From: Azolla caroliniana
Taxonomy: Eukaryota > Plantae > Polypodiophyta
NCBI GenBank assembly: GCA_043228905.1
Contig: JBHGNT010000001.1
Span: 33,914,001-33,978,000 of the forward strand
Direction of reading: 5' to 3'
Length of the DNA: 64,000 nucleotides
Part shown: positions 54,101 to 64,000 of the stretch, piece after piece
Layout of the letters: every line of letters begins with the position of its first letter
How positions within the stretch are numbered: the stretch's first letter is position 1
Notes under the pieces: generated by a model
What the model saw: only the letters and a program-made list of their open reading frames with translations
Databases searched by the model: none
What the model was told of the DNA's origin: nothing
Translations under genes and position numbers: made by a program

Positions 54101-54285
54101 TGGAAAGAAGCATGTCGCATTGGGGTTTTTTAGTGCAGGATAAAGGATGGATGGGCGTCACATATATATATATATATTTGATTTACCTCGTTCCTGAGCT
54201 TTCCGAGGAGGGCGTGTAAGGCAGTCTGTGTGGCGATGGGGAACTGCTGCAATCCTGTCCATTCGCGAGGCTGGCTGGACGCCAT
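51146..54285 (-). CDS. TOC34: Translocase of chloroplast 34, outer-envelope preprotein receptor GTPase, 310 aa
   Basis: Exons 54285-54187, 53836-53729, 53099-52975, 52778-52514, 52214-52155, 51514-51353 and 51259-51146 total 933 nt in frame. REWTGLQQFP, GKGGVGKSST (P-loop), IIDTPG, YVDRLD.YR.DNLD, LTHAQ, ENSGRC, KLIEGPN, C-terminal hydrophobic anchor. Confidence 0.97.
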
Positions 54286-54429
54286 GGATTGGAGATACGT
54301 AAATATGTATACAATCAGAGCAAAGAAACAGAAAAGAGAAGGCGTTGGGAGAGAGAGAGAGAGGGAGGGAACAGAGCACCTCCAAAACAAAGGGATAACA
54401 CGAACCAGTTACCAAACAATCCTCTACAT

Positions 54430-54965
54430 ATTTATTTCTTTTCTTTTCTTTTCTTTTTATCTTTTCTTTTTTACTATTTATTTATTTACTTATTTATTTA
54501 TTTATTTACTTATTTATTTATTTATTTTTATTATTATGTATTATTTTTGTTTATTTGTTTATGCATTTATCTTCTATTTTTATTTATTTACTTACTTATT
54601 TCTTTACTTCTTTATTTATTTATTTACTTACTTACTTACTTATTTCTTTATTTATTTTTTATTTTTATTAATTTATTATGTATTATTTTTGTTTATTTGT
54701 TTATGCATTTATCTACTATTTTTATTTATTTATTTATTTACTTACTTATTCTTTTTTTATTTTTTTATTTTTTTATTTTTTTATTTTTTTATTTTTTTAT
54801 TTTTTTATTTTTTTATTTTTTTATTTTTATTTTTTTTATTTTTTTACTTACTTATTTATTTATTTACTTACTTACTTACATACATACTTATTTATTTATT
54901 TACCTACTTACATACTTATTTATTTATTTACGTACTTATTTATTTATTTACTCATTTACTTGTTT
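54430..54965. repeat. ~530-bp (TTTA/TTAC/TTTTTTA)n low-complexity tract with an internal duplication
   Basis: Directly visible; the block TTATTTTTGTTTATTTGTTTATGCATTTATCT occurs at ~54541 and ~54683. Confidence 0.9.
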
Positions 54966-54989
54966 GTTTGTTTGGCTCTATAACTTGAA

Positions 54990-56360
54990 TGATGTTGATG
55001 GTGTGGTGTGTCCACCGAAGAACCTTCCACAAGTCAGAATACACAAAATCCAAAACAACATTAGGCGAGTAGGCAAGTCCATAGAAGAAGATGTACTAGG
55101 TTTTGTTCAACATGGTCACATTAACGGCAAACAATCGTCAGAGTGTTTGAGATGTGAGGCTATGACATTCATGCTTTGGGCACTTAAGTTTCCCGATATT
55201 ACAAAAGATGTAAGCAAAATGGATTGGTGCACATACTTGCCGAACTAGTTGAAGGGGTGAGGTTTGCATGATTGGCAAAGAGTGTTAGAGATATTTCCTG
55301 AACGAGACCAAGAGGGGTAAGTTTCCTTTAGATTAAGTCTACATCGACGTCTCCAGAAAGGTGATGACAAAATCCATGGGTAAAATCCTCCTATTTCGTC
55401 TTGATCTTAGATTATATTTAGAATGATGATGTGGGTATATCTATCTACTCAACGAGGGAGGGTGAGGTTCTTCGAAGGTTTATAAAGTGACAATGAATGA
55501 TGGAGTAATCTATCCGCATTGGATGGAAATCCCAACTAGTAAGACCAACCTAGTGGGAACCCTTTGACCTACATATAGAAGGTTGTAAACCAATTGTAGA
55601 AGGTTGCTAGTGTAGAAAGAGAGTTTGGTGAGTTTAATAACACTAGTATGTTGTAAGTTGTAACAAAGAAATTTATATTACTTGCGTAGGATGGTGTGGG
55701 TATATTTTACTCTGTGAGAAAGGTGTTCCTCTTCTTATCTCATGACCTCTTTGCTAACCTCATTTTGTTTGGTCCTCTCTCTTTCATCCCTGTTTATCTT
55801 ATCATCTCTATTATTTTCTTCATTTTGTCCCTCGACCTTTTCATTGCCCTTGTCCTCTTTGTCCTCCTCTTTCTCAAGAACTATGTGGTATTGGCTATAT
55901 GCTTAGATATTGCTTGTGTTGGCCTCTCTACTAAGCCACATCGACTTGCAGTTTGAATTCTCACATCGACCAATGTTGGATTTCCAACCCAAACCTTTCC
56001 CTCATCTAAGTGAAAGGTCATTGGTTGGCATTTTGACTCTTTGGTGTATTGCACGATCACCATTTTCCCCAATCCATCCCCCAAAGGACGTTGAATCCAT
56101 GGAAATTATGCACCTAAACCATTGCCTTCTCTTCTCATGGTGGTTTGAGGAGTGCCTACTTCACCTCATCCACTTTCAATAAGGCTATTAGTGCCTTCAT
56201 CATCCTCTAATAGAATCACAACTCCATTCAATCCTTCCAAGCAACCCCCTTGGTGAAGCATCAAGAGTTCACCAATCATCATCATCACACTCATATTTCT
56301 TTCCCCAACTCCACCATTTGACAAAATCATGGTATGTCATCTTCATTTGCTCCTCCAAAT
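54990..56360 (-). mobile_element. Degraded Ty1/Copia gag-pol remnant
   Basis: Minus-strand 'VVLDFVYSDLW' at ~55030-55060 (cf. Copia integrase LDxVHSDLWGP), preceded by a degenerate CxxC-like segment. Heavily mutated; boundaries approximate. Confidence 0.45.
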
Positions 56361-56439
56361 TTAACCCTCAGGTGAACCCTTTAGCCCTAAATATAAAAGG
56401 ATGTAAACTAGGGATACAAAGATTGTTCTAGAACAACTG

Positions 56440-56841
56440 CAAGTGTGAGGCCTCAATGAGTAGGAGGGCATGGGGGTCGTGGTGCAACTCTGGGCATGAG
56501 CATGAGTGAAAAAGCCCTCAGTGCAGGTAGATATTGGTGGTAGTAGCAAATATTCAATTCAAATGAGAACTTTGAAGACCGGAGTGGAGTGGAGAAAGGT
56601 TTCATCTGAGCAACAATTGGACATGGGTTAGTCATCCTAAGAGATGGGGCAATCCTGTGTCAAGGGCGCAATGCGCGCCGTACATCGAAAGGGAATCAAG
56701 TTAATATTCCCAATTCGGGACATGGCGGTGCACAGCAATGTGATTGAATCCGGAGACGCCGGAGGGGGCCCCAAGAAGAGTTCTCTTTTCTTTTTAACAA
56801 CCCACCCACCATGAAATCGGATCACCCAAAGATAGGGTCCA
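56440..56841 (+). pseudogene. Dispersed, decayed fragment of nuclear 25S/26S LSU rRNA gene
   Basis: Contains LSU signatures GAGTAGGAGGGC, TTGGTGGTAGTAGCAAATATTCAA..ATGAGAACTTTGAAG, CATGGGTTAGTC.ATCCTAAG, CGAAAGGGAATC..GTTAA and AAGAGTTCTCTTTTCTT...GATAGGGTCCA. Only ~400 bp, with substitutions and 5-bp duplications (AATTC, GAGTG). Confidence 0.9.
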
Positions 56842-57740
56842 AGTAAAATTACTAGGAATCTCAAGGGCATACAAGTGTCCATACGTAAACCTATCCATTT
56901 TTCTTTATCAATAGGGAGGGGGGGAGAAAGAAAGAAAGAAAGAAATATTAAGTCTTTTCAAAGGGGGGGGGGGGGGAGAGAGAGAGATGCTCATGATAAG
57001 GATAGCCACTTTGTGAAATCAAGTAATAGGGAATAGAAATATTGTGTTGGAGAGAGAACCAATTTCGTTGCAAAAGGGATATTCTAGTACAAATTGCATG
57101 ACAATTAAGTAATACTTTTGGTGGTTCTCCCTATTCCTTTATATATGAAGTATAGAGAGACATTCAAGTAGCTAGTCACATGCCAATAGGAACATTGGTA
57201 TCTTTCTTGGACATCATACAATTCACTCAAAAGGAAAAGTAATGTTGACTTTGGTGTTATCAAGTGCACTAACAAATCTTTGTATAAAAATATATCCGGA
57301 TTCATCCCCAAAAGCTATAATCAAACATGGATAAAGACGCTAAATTGCTTCCTTCTTATAAAGTTGTGTTTTGTGCACCAATAGGATTTGACAACTTAAC
57401 TCATTAGTGCATTTTCTACCTATTTAACTCACTTTTATGAAAATGATAAAAAGGGTGACAAAAAACGTAAGTGGTTGTATATTCTCATATTATTGGGCTG
57501 AATAGATGTCTTTCTTAACCAGAACTTTAACAAACCTTTAGTAATTGTTTTTACAAAGTGTGTGCCTTAGAAGGTGAGGACCCAATAAGATGTAGAAATA
57601 CAAAGAATGTTCAAATGTACAAAAAGGCAATCTCATGTGTCTTGTCTTACAAAAAGCGAAAATTATGTGGTTTTTAAGGTTTTAAGTTAGGGTTACGTTA
57701 TATCATTGATTGTTTAGGTTTAGAGTTTGAAATTCAGGGT

Positions 57741-58850
57741 TTAGAGTATTGGTGAACACTTCAGAACGGCTTGAGGGTCATAGTCAAAAGCCTCTCCAGC
57801 CTTTACAAACCTACCCTTTACTCGCTTCCTTTTGTCAGCACGGGCTTTCCGAAGCTCATAGCGGATCTTCTTTCCATATCTAAAAATTATTAAACCAAAT
57901 GTTCAAAAACTAAGCAAAAGAATAAGCAAGAAAATGGTTTCTTATCTATCCATTAGCAAAGACTTACTGCCGATGCCGTCGTTTCTCCTTATACCGAGAC
58001 ATAGCATCATCTCGAGCATGAGATGCCATCATGGCATTATCACGACATACTGACCCCCATGGTGGTTCACTTTCTGGCATCACACATGTATTGTTATCAT
58101 GTGAATAATGTGGCCACCATATCATTGATGGTACATGCATGATTGCCGAAGATCCTTCCACTCTCCTATAGATATTGGATATATCCACACTTTTATGCGT
58201 CTTTGATTCATTGACACTTTTATAATCATTGGATTCAATGTCTCTTTGGCACTCATTCGACTCATCGATTCTTTGGCACACATCAGATTCATCGATTCTT
58301 TGGCACACATCAGATTCGTCGATTCTTTGGCACACATCAGACTCGTCGATTCTTTGGCATACACTCGAAGCCTCATCTCTGAAACTTGTGAATGGCTCAC
58401 TTTTGGGCTGAGTAAATCCATAGGCTTCAAGAATGTCTTTATTCTCGGATGAAAGATTTGGAGACCTCACTTCTTCCATATAGTTCTGTGAAAGAATTAA
58501 TTAATTAATTAAAGAGACAACTTCAAAAAGATCCTCCGATGTTTTCTAAAACAAGAAATGTAATTTTGGTGAAGAGAAATGGTTTTGCAAAAAGAAAACT
58601 TTTCTTCTTCCTTCCCTCTCAGGCCATATACATTTTCAAAATTTCTTTGTTTTCTTAAGGTGACGATGCCATAAACATCTGAATGTTTCTTTTGTGTTAT
58701 TATATTTTGGGGAGAAAGAAAGAACACAAAAACTTGTTGAGATTTGAATGCACCCATACTAAAGTAGTGCACATAGTCGGTGATATTTGAACACTCGGAA
58801 CATTGGTTAGTGAAAACTTTGTTTACTACTAAGATACATCATATGGAAAG

Positions 58851-58888
<38 letters not shown>

Positions 58889-61800
58889 ATACATTTTGGC
58901 AATCTAATACATCTTTCCGGACAAAAGACTCCGCAACGGAGTAGCTCTGATCCACCGAAGTGCAAACCGAGCTCTCAATGGCCGATAGCTTTGCGTTGCT
59001 ACCCGAAAACATGTCGTCATACATATCAAGCATCCCGCCACCACCATCATCATATATATGGTCATCATCACAAATGCTGAATTCTTCTAAAGGGTATCCC
59101 CAGAGCTGAAATGAAAATTAATTGTCAGTTCTAACGAACCCACAAACCCTAACACACACGCACACAAGTGTTTGATTTATTTATTTAGGTATTTCATTCC
59201 ACAGCATTATTTTATATATATAACCATATATATATATATAACCATATATATGTATTCATTTATTGATTATAAGTTTGGAGCTTATAGTATTACAGCATAA
59301 TTCTTCAATCACTTTGAAGACCCCCAAGACTCCATGCAGAACATTCATTCAATACAATCTATATGTATACACCTTTTTCTGTTTTTTTTCATTCATTGAT
59401 GCAACATGATCTAAATATATGACCATCATAGTGTAATTAACAAATACATAATAAAAGAATGAAGGATATAATAAATATAATCGGATATGAATAATTCCAC
59501 CAAACTCAAGAGAAGATTTCTAAGGACAATATATATGCTAAATAATATCCATAAATGCTTCCCTCACTTCTGAAGCTTAAGACCATGTTCTGATTGAGAG
59601 ATTAAATTTTGGCATTTACGGTCAATAGGCATCTTTGGTGTTTTTTTGGCCCCAAACATATTGGAGAAAAGGCTGAAATTCAGTGTGAACAAGGTCATGA
59701 TATTTTTTCTTTTTTTTTTTTGGAATTCTCCCCAAAAGCCTTTTCTTCTGTGCTCCAGTGCTATAACCACCACAACTGACACGGGAGAATGCGAGAACCA
59801 TGCAAAATTTATGTCACACTCTCCTGATTTTATGTCACACTCTCCTGATCCACATATTTTAAGCATCAGCTACCCTGCACCGCCCACATGTTTCATTACA
59901 AATTGTCGGAATGTCCGGAAAAAAAACCACCTACGCATTACATATACTACTCCTAGCAAGTTCTGAAAAGCAACGTAAAAGGAAATGCAATTTCAACATG
60001 ATCCCAAACAAAGTTGTGAGAAGAAAACATATCCTAACCCAAGATGTTAACTGAAGACATTAATTAGGTAGGTGATCAGGGATTCCACGTAATCAGATTG
60101 CCAGAGTTAACAAAAGGAGAAGAAAAATAAAATAAAAAATGTCATTTCAAAAAGATCTTATAGATAAATCAATAAGGGAAACATAGGCAAAGTTCTGTGC
60201 CCTGACTTCAAAGAAAAAGATGCAAACATTGAAAAAAAGGAATAAACAAAATGAAAGAAATTTCCATTTCAACATTCAACATGGATCCCAGTAACAAGAA
60301 AATGTGTGAGATAGATGCATCTCATCTTATGTATCAGAAACTGTTCAACACTGCAAATATCAAGTGGAATATACCTCAAAGCACCAGGGAGAGTTTGATG
60401 CATGGAAACTGAAAAACTCACATGGATGAATTATATCGAAAATTCCCATCTATGCCATTTCAGACATGAATTCTCTCTTCTCAAACATGGGAAGCAAAAT
60501 GCAGAGATAATGATTCGAATGAATAACATGCATAAACTTGCACATACAAACGTCCCAAAAAATATAGCATCCAGAAATTTCAGAAAGATATCAACTGTTT
60601 CTTCAACTCCAAATAAAAAGCTTTGAGTAATCCTGCGATTTGTTATAACTGTAAAGATAAAAACAAACTACAGAGATCCTTTACAAATTCAAAAATGTAA
60701 AACTTTACAGCTACATGCCTATCAAACGAGAACAGTGTTTTGCAACTTACCTGGGAAGAATATAGAGAAGAATGAATGCCACAAGTCCCCTGCAAAGCAA
60801 AAGCTTGTGGCATAATGAAAGTATATGCAATAACAAAAAACATGATCATTTTCATTAGCAGAGTAAAAAAAGCAAGCGGTCAAAAATCAAGACTAAATAG
60901 AAAAACCAAAAATCATTAGCATTAGCATTTATCAGATGAAGAATGAAACAGAAAACAAAAAAACATCCCTTGCTTGCCTGGTTTTCAAAGTCCCAATCTT
61001 GGAGGACTCCGTCTCCAGTATTCTCTGTTCTCTCTGGCACTTGAGATGGAGGAGAATCTATTGATGAATAGATCGGCAACTGTGATCGCGGCTTTTCAGC
61101 TGCAAATACTTGAAGACGAGTTTCCAAACAAATTTGTACATCCTGAAGACCAAACAAATAACTGAGCCTTTAAATCCTCTCTTTGGAGCCCAAGAAATTG
61201 AAAACACAATAAATCATGTGTCTTTAGCATCCCCCATCAAACCAAAACCTTATCAGCAGGGAAATTTCACTCTAAAAATGTTCAAGATCATTCATGAATG
61301 GCGTACATGTATACAATATATATCCCCTTTACCTTCATACATGCATATCATCATGTATTCATGACTTCTACTCTCATGAATCTCCCACGTACTTTTCTAC
61401 ATTACCCCACTTTTATCGTTAGAAATCTTCTACATCATGCCATCTTGGAAATTCTGATATCTTCAACATTACTCCCTGGAAACTTTCACATTTCTTAAAA
61501 TTTATCACTTCAGACATTCTCCCACCTTCCATATCATCTTCTCATAAATTTCCCACATACTCTCCACATCAATCCCAGCTAATCTCCTCAGAAAGCTCAC
61601 ATTTTCCCTCAGTTATTACCTTCAGACATTCTCATATCCTTCACATTTCCCTGCACATTATCTATCCCTTCTATTTCTTACATTTCCTACATTTCATGAG
61701 ATTTTATATATTAATTATTCCCTGAGAGAAATATCAGCATATTCTAAATTGTAAGAGCGTCCCTGAATAGTATCAAGAAACAAAATCCAGTTTTTCCCTT

Positions 61801-63179
61801 TCAAAATGTTTTACCTTTCGACAGAGATCTTTCGGAACATCACGATTAATGGTTTCTTTGACTCCATCTGAACATCTGCGAAATGAAGAGGAATTTCATA
61901 ACAATCTTTTAATCTTGCTTTTGTATTACATTCCAGATCTCATACGTGAGCAAAAGATAAAGAAATTAATTAAGGAGAAGGTTGGAAAGAGGGGCTAACT
62001 CCGCCCGCCCAACCACCCCCTAACGACAATAAGAGATGGATCCATGTGCCCGTTGGTTTTCTGTATCACTACAGACGGATGACAGCCATACCTTGGTAGC
62101 CAGGGGTCTTGCAAGATTGTTGACCTTGGCTACCAAGGTACGACCCTCATCCATCCACAGTGGTGTGGGACACCAATAGGCACATGGGTCCATCTCTCAC
62201 TGTCACTAGGGGTGGTTGGGTGGAGTTAGCCCCTCTTTCCCAACATTCTCTTTAATTTCTTTATCTTTTGCTTACATATTAGATCTGAACTCTAACATTT
62301 TGTTTGGAGATTTAACTGGAATTTCATGTGAGTAATTTTAATTGAAAAAGGGTTTCTGAATCTTTTGACCAGTTATTTAGGATTATGTGAATTTCCTCTT
62401 GAACAATTATTTAGGGTATTATGAACTTTCTTGAACAGTAACTAGGGTTCCTCAACTTTTCAAACGTTTGAACAATGAAGCAGGGGTTTTGAACAAGATA
62501 TTAGGATTTTGTGAGCTTTCCCAACCAATTATTTAGGTTTTCTGAAATTTCTAAACAGGTATACAAGGTTTCTAAAACAATCCTGAGTGATTGTTTAGGG
62601 TTTCTGAATTCTCTCAACTTTGTTTTGGGATGTCTGAGCTTTCTGAACAAAATTTTGGGTTTCTGGATGTTCAAATGAAGTACTCAATTTCCTGAACAGC
62701 AAATCTAGAGTTTGTGGCCATTCTCAACATTTATTTCGAGTGGTCCCTGACATTCCTAAGTCAAAAAACAGGGTTTCTTTTCTTTTGAAATAACGAATGA
62801 CCAAATAATTGAGGGTTTCTTACCTTTTTGAGTAAGAGACGAGCGTTTCTGAGCCTTCATATTCTTCAGAGCCATGATTTAGGATTTCTTTGAGCTGAGA
62901 GATAGAAGGGCAACCTGAATAAGGAAAGATGGGGCGATGACGGTGGTGATGGTGATGATCTTTCATATCATCACATGTGGTGCAGATCAGATTGTCAGAG
63001 CATCGCAGGGAAGCAGGGGAAGATCTGCAGAGAGAGCAGAGGGGGACTCGAGAGTGTCTGCGAGAGAGGGCATTGGCCGAATGAACCTTGGAGTCGCAGA
63101 GAAGACACAATGATGCAGAATCTGAAGCACAGTACACCGAAGGAGGTCCTTCTCCACAGAATTCGCACACCACAGCCAT
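57741..63179 (-). CDS. CONSTANS-like B-box zinc-finger/CCT protein, group III (COL9-15/BBX7-13-like), 496 aa
   Basis: Exons 63179-62824, 61875-61815, 61142-60978 (GC donor), 60789-60751, 59105-58893, 58485-57968 and 57879-57741 total 1491 nt in frame. B-box1 CEFC...[29 protein letters not shown], divergent B-box2, [56 protein letters not shown]. Confidence 0.92.
58228..58362 (-). repeat. Coding 27-bp tandem repeat (~5 units, VCQRIDESD)
   Basis: Visible in both DNA and translation of COL exon 6. Confidence 0.95.
61934..62287. repeat. 354-bp long inverted repeat (fold-back hairpin) in COL intron 1
   Basis: The arm CAGATCT..GCAAAAGATAAAGAAATTAA..GTTGGAAAGAGGGGCTAACTCC..CCAACCACCCC..GAGATGGA.CCATGTGCC..TACCTTGGTAGCCA is mirrored by its reverse complement from ~62125 to 62287, with a ~23-nt loop. 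Confidence 0.93.
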
Positions 63180-63418
63180 GGAAGACCTGGAGAGCTGAGA
63201 AGATTTGATTGAAGAAGAAGAAGAAATGGGTGATGAAGAAGAAAAGAAAACGCAAGAGAAGGAGAAGGAACAGAGGGATGAAGAAGGAATGAGCAGGTTC
63301 TTTTCCTCGCAAAAAAGGTCAGAAAAATGGATATAAAGGGGGAAAAGAAAAAGTGCAAAGAAAAAGCGACCCACTGGAAACAGAGTATGAATGAATGAAG
63401 AAGATGACCGAGATGAAA

Positions 63419-63424
<6 letters not shown>

Positions 63425-63467
<43 letters not shown>
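63425..63467. repeat. (GA)n microsatellite in the COL 5' leader/promoter; another in COL intron 5 (58855-58887)
   Basis: Directly visible. Confidence 0.95.
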
Positions 63468-63471
<4 letters not shown>

Positions 63472-64000
63472 AAGAGAATCAGAAAAAGAAGGAAGCTGAT
63501 GAAGATGAAGATGAGGTGAAAGAAGAAGAAATACTGGGGGAGTATGAAGAATGGAGAATGGAGATGGAGATTAGAGAAAGGAATGAGAGTGATTGACTGA
63601 AAGAAAAGAAAAGAAAAGAAAAGAAGAATCAGAAACACAGAGAGACAGAGAAACAGAGAAACAGAGGAAATCAGAAGAAGAGAAACAGAGAAAATGGAGG
63701 AGATTTGGAGATGGATTTCTTTTGAAAAAGCAGAACAAAACAAACAGAAAGTCTTTTTGTCTTTTGCTTCTTCCTTCCTTTCTTTTCTCTTTGGAAGGAA
63801 AAAGAAAAAGAAAAAAGAAAAAAGAAAAACAAAAAAGTGATGAAAAAGTGCAGCCAAAAAAGAACAAAATGGATAAAAAGTGCATCAAAAAAGTCACCAC
63901 CACAAAATTAATAATTCATTAAAAGCCAGAGACAAAAAAGCAAAAAAGCAAAAAGTGGCAATGCCAGCCCTTTTCTTATGCCCTTTCAAAATCTTCTCTC

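Noticed and set aside
10269-54285. Functional cluster of chloroplast import genes (TIC62-like plus TOC34)
   Set aside because: More than 30 kb apart with unrelated genes between; the SDR lacks a transit peptide and the TIC62 C-terminal repeats.
54230-55248. Long ORFs of 252 and 319 aa rich in F/Y/L/I
   Set aside because: They are translations of the (TTTA)n tract, which lacks stops on this strand, and overlap the TOC34 start/promoter antisense.
59564-59875. Extra COL exon ([12 protein letters not shown] 21-bp repeat ORF)
   Set aside because: The nearest acceptor gives stops in all phases; exon 4 joins in frame directly to 59105.
63180-63857. 227-aa hydrophobic N-terminal extension of the 345-aa ORF
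   Set aside because: Pyrimidine-rich leader with (CT)n; the real protein begins at MAVVCEFC (63179).

Overview
AT-rich, intron-containing land-plant nuclear DNA. A fern or other non-seed plant is my inference from gene style and LINE types; the sequence does not prove it. Four multi-exon genes splice by hand into complete open reading frames: an atypical SDR/NAD(P)-binding protein (+, 10269-17712, 247 aa), a PL1 pectate lyase (-, 32809-34929, 404 aa), TOC34 (-, 51146-54285, 310 aa) and a group-III CONSTANS-like B-box/CCT gene (-, 57741-63179, 496 aa). A fifth, a coiled-coil gene of unknown function (-, 18857 to >=21241), has an unresolved 5' end. The rest is mostly decayed transposons, microsatellites and a 26S rDNA fragment. 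The most striking structure is nested: a hAT-like element is split by a near full-length L1-type LINE (36555-45016), which carries three related solo-LTR-like inserts with TGTC...GACA termini. All three sit at ACGN sites, with 4-bp duplications where both ends survive, suggesting a CpG-targeting LTR lineage. Other notable items are a 354-bp intronic hairpin in the COL gene, a palindromic 23-bp array, a 27-bp coding minisatellite and introns built from degenerate tandem repeats. No prokaryote-type system such as CRISPR is present. All calls come from reading the sequence; no database searches were run.
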